Positions 17,741 through 27,302 of a stretch of DNA of 64,000 bases are shown here, one piece after another (positions within the stretch are counted from its first letter, which is position 1; each line of letters opens with the position of its first letter). The stretch covers positions 19,734-83,733 of the forward strand of contig CAIWHK010000022.1 in the NCBI GenBank assembly GCA_903912525.1, given 5' to 3'. Below the pieces are notes generated by a model. That model made no database searches. It saw only the letters and a program-made list of their open reading frames with translations, and had not been told where the DNA came from. The translations under genes and the position numbers were made by a program. The DNA is from an uncultured bacterium. Its GTDB lineage: Bacteria; Krumholzibacteriota; Krumholzibacteriia; LZORAL124-64-63.

Positions 17741-19453
17741 TCAGGAACCTTCCAGGTACGGTTTGGCGAGGTATGGAGCCTGCGGCGCGCCGGGCTTTTC
17801 GACCCAACGGTCATCCAGGCGCACCTTCAGCGGGCTGTGGCGGCCGATGTACTGCTCGACGGCCTCCAGCTGCGTGACCCCCGTGGGCGTGACCTTCGAG
17901 GCCGGGATCGACGTCAGGAACCCCAGGCCGCTGTTGCCGGCCATGAGGAAGTCCGTGATCACGACGTCGTACTCGGCATCCGGGTCCCAGGGCTTGCCGC
18001 CGATCTCGAGTTCCACCACGCGATCCTTGTCGGGCCGCGTCGGGTCGATGACGACGCGGGCGCCCGACAGCAGGATGCCCCCGCTGCGGCCCTCCACGCG
18101 CGATTCGATCAATCGGCGCACCATGCGTCCGTCCATGGTCACGACGTCGAGCTCGTTGCCGAACGGGAGGATCGAGAACACTTCGCGCGTGGTCAGGTCG
18201 CCCCCCGGCAGGTCGGCGCGCAGGCCGCCCGTGTTCTGGACAGCAAGGTCGGCGCTGAACTGCTCACGCATTGCGTCGGTGACGAGGTTGGCCACCGGGC
18301 TGGCGCCCGGGCCGCCCCGACCCAGCGGGCCCGACGACGAGCCGATGACCCGGCCCATCTCCGCCTCAGCCTGCTCGTGGTACGGGCGGATGACCGCGGT
18401 TGTCGCCGGGTCAGGCCAGATCTCATCCTCGAAGAGCGTGATCAGCGTACCCTGCGCGTCGGCCTTCTCGTACCCCACCAGCGAACGGGTCGTGCGATCG
18501 ATCAGCAGCACCGCGTGCCCGAGGCTGCTCCCGTTGCCGAAGCTCTCGAAGCACATGGTATGGGTCTGCGGGTCGATCCACGGCGCGCGATAGCCGCGGT
18601 GCGTGTGGCCGCCGACGGCGATATCCACGCCGCTGACGGCGTTGACCAGCTCCATGAGGTTCATGGAGCCGCGCGAGTAATTCGAGCCGAACGCGCCCTG
18701 CTGGTCGCGGTCGCTGCTCTCCTGGTCGGCCACGAGGTTGTTCCAGCCCGCGACCGGGTCGAACGGCAGGCCCTCGTGGATCGCCAGAAGGATCAGGTCG
18801 GCGCCCTGCGACTTCAACTGGTCGCGGTAGCGCTCGACGGTCGGCGCCATCTCCAGGAACTCGAGGCCCTCGATGTTCTTGGGGAACGACATGTGCTTCG
18901 TGCCCGGCGTGATGATGCCGATGACGCCGATGCGGATGCCGCCCATTTCGAGCATCAGCGTGGGCTGCACCCAGTCGACGAGCTTGCCGGTTGACGACTC
19001 CACCAGGTTCGCGCACAGCCAGGGGAACTTCGACATGCGCGCCAGGCGCTCGCAGTTCTCGCGGCCCATGTCGAAATCGTGGTTGCCCGGCACCGAGAAG
19101 GCATACCCGACGGCGTTGAAGTACTCGATGACCGCCGAGCCCTTCGTCTTGTTGCCGATGGGCGTGCCCTGGAACATGTCGCCGACATCCATCAGGAGCA
19201 CTTCGTCGCCGGAGGCCTTCGCCTTTGCCGTGACCTCGCCGATGTAGGTCGCGGCCGAGGCGCCGCCGCCGAGCGGCGGCGGGAAGTCAGGATTCATGAA
19301 CTTGGCGGGCTCGGGCGCAATGTGGCCGTGGACGTCGTTGGTCCACAGCAGGTGCACGCGCAGGAGCCCGTCATCCGGGGCGGCAAAACCGCTCGCGGCC
19401 GCCACCAGGCAGGCCGTCGCGACCAGGAACCGCAAGATGCGCAGTTTCGTCAT
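17741..19453 (-). CDS. secreted bifunctional metallophosphatase/5'-nucleotidase (UshA-like)
   Basis: NDVHGH, GDMFQGT, GNHDFD, GGHTH calcineurin-like motifs plus a 5'-nucleotidase C-terminal domain. Signal peptide present. ATG lies 1 nt after the upstream stop. Confidence 0.88.
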   Translation of the reverse strand: MTKLRILRFLVATACLVAAASGFAAPDDGLLRVHLLWTNDVHGHIAPEPAKFMNPDFPPPLGGGASAATYIGEVTAKAKASGDEVLLMDVGDMFQGTPIGNKTKGSAVIEYFNAVGYAFSVPGNHDFDMGRENCERLARMSKFPWLCANLVESSTGKLVDWVQPTLMLEMGGIRIGVIGIITPGTKHMSFPKNIEGLEFLEMAPTVERYRDQLKSQGADLILLAIHEGLPFDPVAGWNNLVADQESSDRDQQGAFGSNYSRGSMNLMELVNAVSGVDIAVGGHTHRGYRAPWIDPQTHTMCFESFGNGSSLGHAVLLIDRTTRSLVGYEKADAQGTLITLFEDEIWPDPATTAVIRPYHEQAEAEMGRVIGSSSGPLGRGGPGASPVANLVTDAMREQFSADLAVQNTGGLRADLPGGDLTTREVFSILPFGNELDVVTMDGRMVRRLIESRVEGRSGGILLSGARVVIDPTRPDKDRVVELEIGGKPWDPDAEYDVVITDFLMAGNSGLGFLTSIPASKVTPTGVTQLEAVEQYIGRHSPLKVRLDDRWVEKPGAPQAPYLAKPYLEGS

Positions 19454-19454
19454 C

Positions 19455-20792
19455 TCAGAACTCCATCGAGTAGCTGACGCCGACGCGGAACCGGGTGTCC
19501 TCGACCCGCGCATAGGAATCCGTGACGAAGGCATCGCCGAAATAGGCTGCAGGATACGGGAACTGGTGCGCAAGCACGCCGCTCAGCTTGGTCAATTCGA
19601 CCGAGGCGCTCAGGCGCCCTGCCCCCACACCGGCGGCCGTGCCGGCCGTGAAGGCGGTCAGGCCCGCATCGCGATCGGCATAGCTGTTGATGTGCCGGAA
19701 CCCGAACCGCAGCGGCATGCCGTTGTAGAACGTGTGCTCGACGCCCATGCGGATGTCGGCGGCGTCCTGCAGCAGCGTCGACGGGTCATCGAGCGTCCCG
19801 TCGCGCAGTTCACTCCAGGGCCGGTACTCGACCTCGAACGTGAACACCGTCGGGAGGTTGTTGCGGGGCCGGAACGCCAGGCCGGCGCGCGCGCACCACG
19901 GGTAGTCGTAGTAGGCGCTGGTCGTCGTGTCGGTGGCCGCCGCCGGCGAGACCGTGAAGGTCTCCTGGCGCCAGTCACCCGTCGACTTCAGGTTGCTCTC
20001 CACCGCGAAGCCCAGGTCCAGGCGCTCGTTCACGCTTGCGCGCAGGCCTGCCGAGGCGCTGAGGCCCGACAGCTTCAGCTCCTGGCTGTTGCGGTAGCTG
20101 TCGTTCGTGCCCGCGTTGTCGAGGTCGATCGAGCTGACCGCCTCGTTCCGCGTGCCGAAGTTGTAGTGGAAGGCAGCCCCGATCGAGACCTTCTCGCTGG
20201 CCTCGGCCGCGGCGCCGAACGAGAGCGCGTGCAGCGTGCCGGTCACCTTGCGTTCGCGCACGGAAATCAGCATGTCACGCGCGGGCTCGCCCGAGCCGGG
20301 CGGGTACGGGCTGGGATTGCGCAGTTCCTCGTAGAACGAGTAGTTGAACGGCAGCCGGTCGGTCAGCGACACGCCGAACGCCACGGCGCGCGGGCCCGAA
20401 CCCACGCGTTTGGCGAAGCCGAAGTCGCTCTGGAAGGAGTGGCTCCGGTTGCTGGCGATGGCCGCGTCGATGACCCAGCTGTCGAAGCTGTCGAACAGCG
20501 GCTGGAAGCGGTCCTCATGCTCCTGGTTGAGCACGATGCCGCCGTCGATCCGCTTGCCCGTCTCGACGACGAGGAACGCCGGGTTGAACACGTTGGACAG
20601 GCCACCACGGTAGATCGCCGTGCCGGTGCCGCCCATGGCGGCGGACTCGGCCCCGATCCACGAGAACTGGTCGCCGTACCTGGTCGTCATCTGGGGCCCG
20701 GCCACCGCCTGACCGGCCACCGCCAGGCTGATCAGCGCCGCCGTGACCACCGTCGCCGCGCCGCTCGGGAAACTGTACTTGCTCGTCTTCAT
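19455..20792 (-). CDS. outer-membrane beta-barrel protein, FadL/PorV-superfamily-like
   Basis: Signal peptide, N-terminal GAESAAMGGTGTA...NPAFL motif, and C-terminal aromatic residue (YSMEF). Confidence 0.65.
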   Translation of the reverse strand: MKTSKYSFPSGAATVVTAALISLAVAGQAVAGPQMTTRYGDQFSWIGAESAAMGGTGTAIYRGGLSNVFNPAFLVVETGKRIDGGIVLNQEHEDRFQPLFDSFDSWVIDAAIASNRSHSFQSDFGFAKRVGSGPRAVAFGVSLTDRLPFNYSFYEELRNPSPYPPGSGEPARDMLISVRERKVTGTLHALSFGAAAEASEKVSIGAAFHYNFGTRNEAVSSIDLDNAGTNDSYRNSQELKLSGLSASAGLRASVNERLDLGFAVESNLKSTGDWRQETFTVSPAAATDTTTSAYYDYPWCARAGLAFRPRNNLPTVFTFEVEYRPWSELRDGTLDDPSTLLQDAADIRMGVEHTFYNGMPLRFGFRHINSYADRDAGLTAFTAGTAAGVGAGRLSASVELTKLSGVLAHQFPYPAAYFGDAFVTDSYARVEDTRFRVGVSYSMEF

Positions 20793-20814
20793 CTCGCGAG
20801 TCTCCTCGGCTTTG

Positions 20815-23346
20815 TCAGAACGTGTAGTCCATCTGCAGACGGACGGTGGTGATGTCGCGCGTCACTCCCTGGGCGTCCGGGGCGTTGCCGAACGGATCGC
20901 CGAAGTAACGGATGTCGACGTCGCGCGGCATCTTGTGATCCCGCGTGACCTTGAGTTGGCAAAGCAGCCGGTCGGAGACGCGGCTTTCGACCGAAATCCA
21001 GTTGCGGAACGCGTTGCCGTCGAGCACCACGAACTCGTTGCCCTCGAAATTCCAGAAGAACCCATTGTAGATGGCCGAGGCGCACTCGATCGCCAGTCCG
21101 GGCGACAGGTTGTGCTCGTACCGGGCCTCGAAGGCCGAGGCCCGGCTGCCGGCGGTGCCCACCGCCGGGTCGCCGGCGCCGGCATCGTCGGTGCCGCCGA
21201 GGCGGGGCCGGGCCGGGAACATGACGTTGGCCGTCATGTAGGTGAACCTCAGCCGGTTGTAGTCGCTGAGCATGAACGCGGACTGGAAACGCGTCTCCCA
21301 GTTGCGGAACTTGCGGACATCGCCCGGGTCGTCCTCCGAGCGGCTGCTGTAGCGATGACGGACGCCCAGGCGGACGTTGAAGACCGGTTGGTACTCGCCC
21401 TTGATCGTGTACCGCATCAGGTCGGCGCCGTCGGCCTTGCGTGTCCACTGGTCGAACTGGAGGTTGTTCAGGATCAGTTTGCGGCTGATCCGGTACCGCA
21501 TGTCCAGGAACAGGCCCTTCTCGGCCTTCGGTTGCGGGGTGGCGGTCTCCAGCCACGTGTACAGGTCGTCGTTCAGGCGGTACGGCGCATCCAGCAGCGT
21601 CATCTCGTAGCGGCTGTCGTTGCTGAAGGCGCGCGAGTACGGGTTGTCGAAGCCGATGTCGTAGTCGCGCCAGATGGCCAGGAGGTGCAGGTTGTCCCAC
21701 TGGCTGAAGGCGTTGATGATGTAGGCATCGGGATTGTCCTTGTGGAACAGGCTGTTCCGCGGGTCCTGCAGGAATGCGTATTCGCCCTGCAGCGACACGT
21801 TGGCGACCACGGCCTGGCCCTCGGCGCCGAGCACGCGCCGGTACTTGTGCGTCTGGACCTCGCCGTTTTCGTCCGTGTACACGCTGGTGTAGCCGTTCCA
21901 GATCTCCGCGTCGCGGGCCTCGAGCAGGCTCGTGTCGGTGACCAGGGTCGTCTCGTCGGCGCGGAAACCGCGGTTGTACCGGGCCTCGTAGCCGCCGACC
22001 CCGAGGAACGTGCCGGGGGCCAGCATGACCTTGACGTTGCCGCCAAGCATGTCCTCACGGAAGGCATTGCGACGCAGGCCGGTCGCCACGCCGCCGACCG
22101 AACGGTCGAGCAGCCAGTCGCCGTCCGGGCGCGGCCGCATCACGACGTACCGGTTGATGGTGCCGTCGGCGTTGAGCACCCCGTCCTTGTCGGCGCTCGA
22201 GATGAACGCCGTGGCCTGCACCGGCCCCCAGGAACCTTCGGCGGCGGCGCCGGTCAGCGCGAACTCGAAGCTGCGCGACAGGTCGCCGTACACGCCGATC
22301 GGCCGGGTGTCAAAGCCGAACCCGGTCTTGCGGTACTTGAGGTAGTCGGTGTTGTCCATGATCAGGCCGAGGCCCCAGGCGACGCGGTAGTTGCCGAACA
22401 TGAGCGACTTCAGGCGGAGATTGCCGCGGCGCTTGTCGGTCAGGCCCACGAAGGCCTTGGTGGTCTCGTTCCAGTCCGGCTCACCGTATTCACGGGCGGT
22501 CACCAGTCCGGCCTGAACGCCGGAATTGTGATTCAGGCGCACCTTGTTCATCCACCCGGGCTGGGCAGGGTTCACCATGTCCACCGTGTAGCGACCGCGC
22601 GGCCGCCCCAGCGCGAAGTTCAGCAGGTCGTCTTCCGTATCGAGCGGCTGCGCTTCCCAGAACCGGGTCTGCATGAAGCCGGTCAGCTCGTTGGGCACGA
22701 CCTGCTTGCGGTTGTAGACCACATAGTCGCGCAGGCCGCGGAACGAGAAGTAGCGCAGGCCCTCGACACCGCGCAGTTGCCGCTCGTCCTCGATGCGGCC
22801 CATCTGCCCACGGGCACGAATGACCGCCGCGGCATCCACGGGCGACACGTTCTGGTACGACATCAGGTCGTAGAGGTCCAGTTCGTTGACGTCCTGCGGG
22901 TTGCGCAGGCGGTCGAGGTACTCGTCGGCCAGGCCCTCGCTGGCGCCCTCCTCTCCCAGGAAGTTCTGCACCGTCCGGAACGAAGCGGACAGCCGGGCGA
23001 TCGAGGCGTCGGCGACCGGGGGCGGGAGCGTCGCCACCAGGGGCTTGAGCTGCTCGAGGAGGGCGGCGGTCATCCCGTCGACCTCCATCAGCTCGTAGAC
23101 GCTGCCATAGAAGCGTTCGTAGACGCGGTGCTCATAGATCCTGCGCGCAATGTCGGCCGGAACGGGCAGCGCGAGGATCTCCTCGAGCGCCGCGCTGTTC
23201 AGGTCGACCTGCGCCGGCGCCGCCCGGGCCGCGCTCGTCGCGTCGTCGACGAGGGGCAGCCCCGCCAACAACGCAAGCCCGAGCGCCAGCGCCAGGACCG
23301 TCGCGGAAACCCGCGACCGGGCCGTGCGGTTGTTCTTGGTGGTCAT
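20815..23346 (-). CDS. large outer-membrane beta-barrel protein with N-terminal ComEA-like helix-hairpin-helix region
   Basis: Signal peptide. VDLNSAALEEILALP...ELMEVDGMTAALLEQLKPLV resembles the ComEA tandem HhH, but the GIG loops are degenerate. About 700 aa of strand-like sequence ends in ...QMDYTF. ATG lies 2 nt after the upstream stop. Confidence 0.6.
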   Translation of the reverse strand: MTTKNNRTARSRVSATVLALALGLALLAGLPLVDDATSAARAAPAQVDLNSAALEEILALPVPADIARRIYEHRVYERFYGSVYELMEVDGMTAALLEQLKPLVATLPPPVADASIARLSASFRTVQNFLGEEGASEGLADEYLDRLRNPQDVNELDLYDLMSYQNVSPVDAAAVIRARGQMGRIEDERQLRGVEGLRYFSFRGLRDYVVYNRKQVVPNELTGFMQTRFWEAQPLDTEDDLLNFALGRPRGRYTVDMVNPAQPGWMNKVRLNHNSGVQAGLVTAREYGEPDWNETTKAFVGLTDKRRGNLRLKSLMFGNYRVAWGLGLIMDNTDYLKYRKTGFGFDTRPIGVYGDLSRSFEFALTGAAAEGSWGPVQATAFISSADKDGVLNADGTINRYVVMRPRPDGDWLLDRSVGGVATGLRRNAFREDMLGGNVKVMLAPGTFLGVGGYEARYNRGFRADETTLVTDTSLLEARDAEIWNGYTSVYTDENGEVQTHKYRRVLGAEGQAVVANVSLQGEYAFLQDPRNSLFHKDNPDAYIINAFSQWDNLHLLAIWRDYDIGFDNPYSRAFSNDSRYEMTLLDAPYRLNDDLYTWLETATPQPKAEKGLFLDMRYRISRKLILNNLQFDQWTRKADGADLMRYTIKGEYQPVFNVRLGVRHRYSSRSEDDPGDVRKFRNWETRFQSAFMLSDYNRLRFTYMTANVMFPARPRLGGTDDAGAGDPAVGTAGSRASAFEARYEHNLSPGLAIECASAIYNGFFWNFEGNEFVVLDGNAFRNWISVESRVSDRLLCQLKVTRDHKMPRDVDIRYFGDPFGNAPDAQGVTRDITTVRLQMDYTF

Positions 23347-23348
23347 GG

Positions 23349-24236
23349 TCACGGCGCCTCCCCGCCCCAAGCCAGGCGAACGCCGAACTGGTGCGTGCTC
23401 GAGAGCGTGCCGCCGCCGGTCGAGAAGCCGTAGTCGACGCCCACGGGGCCCTTGCGGTAGCCGAAGCCGCCGGTCAGCCGGTTGGGGTCGGTGACCACAC
23501 CGGCCCGCAGGGTGAACCCGTCGATGATCGCCATCTCCAGGCCGCCGTGGTAGCGGACTTCGCGACCAAGCGTGTTGTCGAACTCGAACGTGGTCAGGAC
23601 GCCGTCGTACGGCTCGTAGGCGATGCCGGCGACCAGGGCCCGCGGCAGTTCCTGGCCGTCGAAACCGATCGTCGGGTTGTTCAGGTTGTGCACCTGGACA
23701 CCGGCGCGCGTCCGCTTGTGCAGGACCATCGTCAGGCCCGCATCAACGCCGATCGCCGTGTCCGAACCGGGTTCGAAACCGCTCACGCTCTGGCCGGCTT
23801 CCGCGCTGTAGAGATTCAGCGCCCAGCCCACGCAGATGCGCGAATGGTAGTCGGAGAACAACTGGAAGCCCTGCCCCAGCGTGACCCGGGTCTCGCTCAG
23901 CAGGGTCGTGTCACCGGTCGCCACCTTGAAGTGGCTGACGCCCACACCCAGGTTGCCGAAGCTCCCCTGCAGCGGCAGCGCAGCAGAGGCCGCGTAGAAA
24001 TCGGAGAACGACAGGCCGAACGGGCGCACGTAGGACGCCGCCATCTCGCCGTTCGGCACGTCGGCCAGCCAGGCCGCGTTCTGGAACACGGCAAAGGCCG
24101 CGTCGGGCACGGCCGTGAAGGACTCGCCCATTGCCCGGGAGCGGGCGCTCACGGGCGTCGACTCGAAGTAGGCCCCCGCCGGCGCCGCCAGGGCGAGCCC
24201 GGCCAGGATCAGCAGGATTGTTGCTTTGCGGATCAT
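23349..24236 (-). CDS. PorV/PorQ-like outer-membrane protein
   Basis: Signal peptide, then SARSRAMGESFTAVPDAAFAVFQNAAWLA, which resembles the PorV-family N-terminal motif. Beta-rich, 295 aa. Confidence 0.55.
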   Translation of the reverse strand: MIRKATILLILAGLALAAPAGAYFESTPVSARSRAMGESFTAVPDAAFAVFQNAAWLADVPNGEMAASYVRPFGLSFSDFYAASAALPLQGSFGNLGVGVSHFKVATGDTTLLSETRVTLGQGFQLFSDYHSRICVGWALNLYSAEAGQSVSGFEPGSDTAIGVDAGLTMVLHKRTRAGVQVHNLNNPTIGFDGQELPRALVAGIAYEPYDGVLTTFEFDNTLGREVRYHGGLEMAIIDGFTLRAGVVTDPNRLTGGFGYRKGPVGVDYGFSTGGGTLSSTHQFGVRLAWGGEAP

Positions 24237-24248
24237 CGCTCGCCCTTC

Positions 24249-26921
24249 CTATTTGCTCAGCCGCGTGGCGACAACCACGGGGGCGGTGCGGGTTTCCTCG
24301 ACGCCGGTCGTCTTGTCGACCACCGACAGGTGCACGATGTACATGCCGCCGTCGACCGACTGCATCGTCTCGTCGAGTCCGTTCCACTGCGCAGTCGTGT
24401 AGCGACCGGGCGTCGTGGACGGCGAGCCGCTGAAGCGGCTGTCGAACAGGGTGCGCACCAGACGACCATCACGATCGTAGAGGCGCACGCGCGTCTCGCT
24501 GCGCGGGCGGCTGACGAACTTGATCGGGAACGACTCGCCCAGCGACGGCAGGAAGGTCTTGGCCGGCACCACCAGTTCGATGATGCCCTTGACGCCGGTG
24601 TCGGCGATGCGGGGCCGCGACGGATCGGACGGCTGCATGGCCCAGGTAAGCGTCCAGTTCTCGCTGAGCTCGTCACGCCCGCCCACGCCGTTGCTGCCGG
24701 AAGTGACCTGGGCACCCTCGGTCGCATCGATGCGGACGTACGAATTGCCGAAAGCCAGCTGCTGCTGGAACGGGTGCTGCTGCGCCACGGAGGTCTCGGG
24801 CAGGTACGTGGCGCCGCCGACGGTCTTGCCCGTCTTCGAGAACTGGTAGCTGACGGTGGTGCCGGCCAGCCAGACGAAGACGTCGACGTCGGTCACCAGC
24901 GGGGATCCCACGGTCCACTTGTAGAGGATCACGGGCTCGCCCGTGTTCGTCAGGCTCGGAACCGAGGCCGAGCTGACGATGCTGTTGTTCGGCTCCGGGA
25001 AGATCGAACGCATGTCCGGGACCGCGTCCGGGAACGCGTCGTCCTCGTGCAGTTCGATGTCGGGCTCGAATCCGAACGACGCGGTGAAGGCCGTACTGCC
25101 CGGGATCGAGATGACGATCGTGTCACCCGCGGCGATCATGAAGCCGTCGGGGAAGCGCGCCGTGAAATCCGTGAACGCGCCGCCGCCGACCGTATCGGCG
25201 TTCAGCGTGCCGCCGCCCATGTTCCAGTAACCGGTGTTGGCCGTGGAGTAGATGGCATCCGAGAGGTAGTAGTCGCTCAGGTTCACGGCCTGGCTGCTGG
25301 GATTCCAGATCTCGATGAACTCCTGCTCGGCGCCGAGCGTGCAGACTTCCGTCAGCAGCAGCTTCGGGTCCGGGGCGGCAGCCACCGTCCAGCCGTGCGT
25401 CGAGGTCGGCGCGTCGGCGGGGCTCGAACTGCTGAGGGCGGCCGAGTTCGTCACGACGGCGTACCAGGTGACGGCCGCGCCGGCGTCCTGCCCGGGCACG
25501 GTCGCCGTGTACGTGCCGCCACCCTGCGCAACGCCGGCCAACTGCGTGAAGGCGCCGCCGTCCACGCTGTAGTGGAAGACAGCGCCGGACAGCGCGCTCA
25601 CGGAGGTCGCCGTCACCGAGACGGTCGCCGCCAGGTCGGCATAGGGAACCGACGGGCTCTGGCCGAAGGCGGTGATGGTCGGCGGCGGCGGCGCGATCAC
25701 GGTCCACTGCGACGTGAAGCGCGGCGCGGCCGACGGGTAGACCGCCGTTCCGCCGGCGGCGTTCGTCAGGCTGACCCACCAGTTCACGACAGCGCCCTCG
25801 GCCTGCGCCGGGAACTCGGCCGTCCAGATGTTGGCGCCCGACAGGATGCCGGCGACCTGGTTGTCCGAGCCCTGGTTGACGCTGTAGTGGAAGGTGGCCG
25901 CGGACATGGCGGTGGCCGACACTGCGGTGACGGAGACCGCGACATCCTCGCCGATCACCGGCGTGGCTGGCGTGCGCGACGTCGCGGTGACGATCGGGGC
26001 CGCCGCGTACGGTGAGGCGGGCGCCGCCGGGGGCGCCTGCACGGCCGTACGCCAGGTGGCCGACAGGTTCTCGCTGGTCTCGTTGTGCCCGGTCACGCCG
26101 TTGCCGGCGGCCAGCGCCTCGGTGCCTTCATCCGCCGACAGGCGGGAATAGGCATTGGGGGGCGTGAGCGCGGACACCGACACCGCGACCTGGCTGGCGA
26201 CGGGCGTGTCGGCGAGGTACAGCGACGAACCGACGCCGATGCCGGTCTTGTCGATGCAGACGGTCGTGCCCGATCCCCAGCGGATGTAGTCCGCGTCCTG
26301 CACCAGTTCGCTGCTGCCGTTCCAGCGGTAGAGCACCAGGCTCTCGCCGTTCTCGGCCAGGGCCGGCGTGTTGGTGCCGCCGCTGCCGAAACCGGCGGCG
26401 ATCGAGCCCGGGAAGGCCTCGACCATCTCGGGCACGTTGTCGGGGGCCAGCGCGTCCTCGTAGAGTTCGAAGTCGGGCGCGCGACCGTACGCTGTCTGGA
26501 ACTTCGTGCTCCCGGCCAGCGACACGACGATGGTGTCGCCGGCGGCCAGCATGTAGCCGCTCGGGAAGCGCGCATGGAAATCGCTGAAGGCGCCGCCGCC
26601 CGCCGTGGCCGTGGTCGGGCTCGCGTCGGCGATGCGCCAGTAATAGGTGTTGTTCGTCGTGACCGTCCCATCGGTCAGGTAGTACTGGCCGAGGTCGATC
26701 GCCGCAGCAGTCGGGTTGTGGATCTCCACGAACTCGCTGGCCGCGCGCGGGGCGACCGCGTCGAGCGTCTGGACTTCGGAGATGATCACGTGGTCAGCTG
26801 CGGCCGTGGGCGCACTGAGCGCCGCGGGCGCCAGCGTCATCGACGTCAGCACCATGGCCGCCGACAGCACGACGGGCAGCCACCGCCACGACGGCGACAA
26901 TTTCCTGCAAATACTCGACAT
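24249..26921 (-). CDS. secreted protein with two lamin-tail-domain (LTD) modules, Ig-like repeats and a FlgD-Ig/T9SS-type C-terminal domain
   Basis: Signal peptide. LTD signatures EFVEIHNP...LGQYYLTD and EFIEIWNP...LSDYYLSD. C-terminus RVRLYDRDGRLVRTL...WNGLD...GGMYIVHL. ATG at 26921 is preceded by AAGGGAGAG. Confidence 0.75.
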   Translation of the reverse strand: MSSICRKLSPSWRWLPVVLSAAMVLTSMTLAPAALSAPTAAADHVIISEVQTLDAVAPRAASEFVEIHNPTAAAIDLGQYYLTDGTVTTNNTYYWRIADASPTTATAGGGAFSDFHARFPSGYMLAAGDTIVVSLAGSTKFQTAYGRAPDFELYEDALAPDNVPEMVEAFPGSIAAGFGSGGTNTPALAENGESLVLYRWNGSSELVQDADYIRWGSGTTVCIDKTGIGVGSSLYLADTPVASQVAVSVSALTPPNAYSRLSADEGTEALAAGNGVTGHNETSENLSATWRTAVQAPPAAPASPYAAAPIVTATSRTPATPVIGEDVAVSVTAVSATAMSAATFHYSVNQGSDNQVAGILSGANIWTAEFPAQAEGAVVNWWVSLTNAAGGTAVYPSAAPRFTSQWTVIAPPPPTITAFGQSPSVPYADLAATVSVTATSVSALSGAVFHYSVDGGAFTQLAGVAQGGGTYTATVPGQDAGAAVTWYAVVTNSAALSSSSPADAPTSTHGWTVAAAPDPKLLLTEVCTLGAEQEFIEIWNPSSQAVNLSDYYLSDAIYSTANTGYWNMGGGTLNADTVGGGAFTDFTARFPDGFMIAAGDTIVISIPGSTAFTASFGFEPDIELHEDDAFPDAVPDMRSIFPEPNNSIVSSASVPSLTNTGEPVILYKWTVGSPLVTDVDVFVWLAGTTVSYQFSKTGKTVGGATYLPETSVAQQHPFQQQLAFGNSYVRIDATEGAQVTSGSNGVGGRDELSENWTLTWAMQPSDPSRPRIADTGVKGIIELVVPAKTFLPSLGESFPIKFVSRPRSETRVRLYDRDGRLVRTLFDSRFSGSPSTTPGRYTTAQWNGLDETMQSVDGGMYIVHLSVVDKTTGVEETRTAPVVVATRLSK

Positions 26922-27302
26922 CGAACCACTCTCCCTTTTCGAGGGTGCGGGACGGGTTTCCCGAACGAACAGGTCGCGAGGGGAGTGGGACAATAGCGCC
27001 GTGGGGAGCGTGATTCAAGGCGGATCGATTTTGCCCACCGGGGCCACGTACGGCCGAACGAACAATCCGTATCGTTTGCCTCGCATCGGTTTTGGAGTTC
27101 GCGCCCCTGAGGGCGACGCGCCGGAAATCCGACGCGAACGGTCGGCTGTTCCCGCACCGTGACGAATGCCAGGCGGCGCGAAGCCGACCTGTATTGTATA
27201 GTCCACTGGTTCGTGGAAGGCGCATGGCACTGGTGCGCCCCGCCTGGCAGCCGGAACCTGCACGCTGACACCCCGTTGCGGGCCGGCGTGGACGGAGCAA
27301 GC

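Noticed and set aside
26962-27061. Direct repeat cgaacgaaca occurring twice about 90 bp apart upstream of the LTD operon
   Set aside because: It is a short 10-mer with only two copies and no symmetry, so it could easily be chance.
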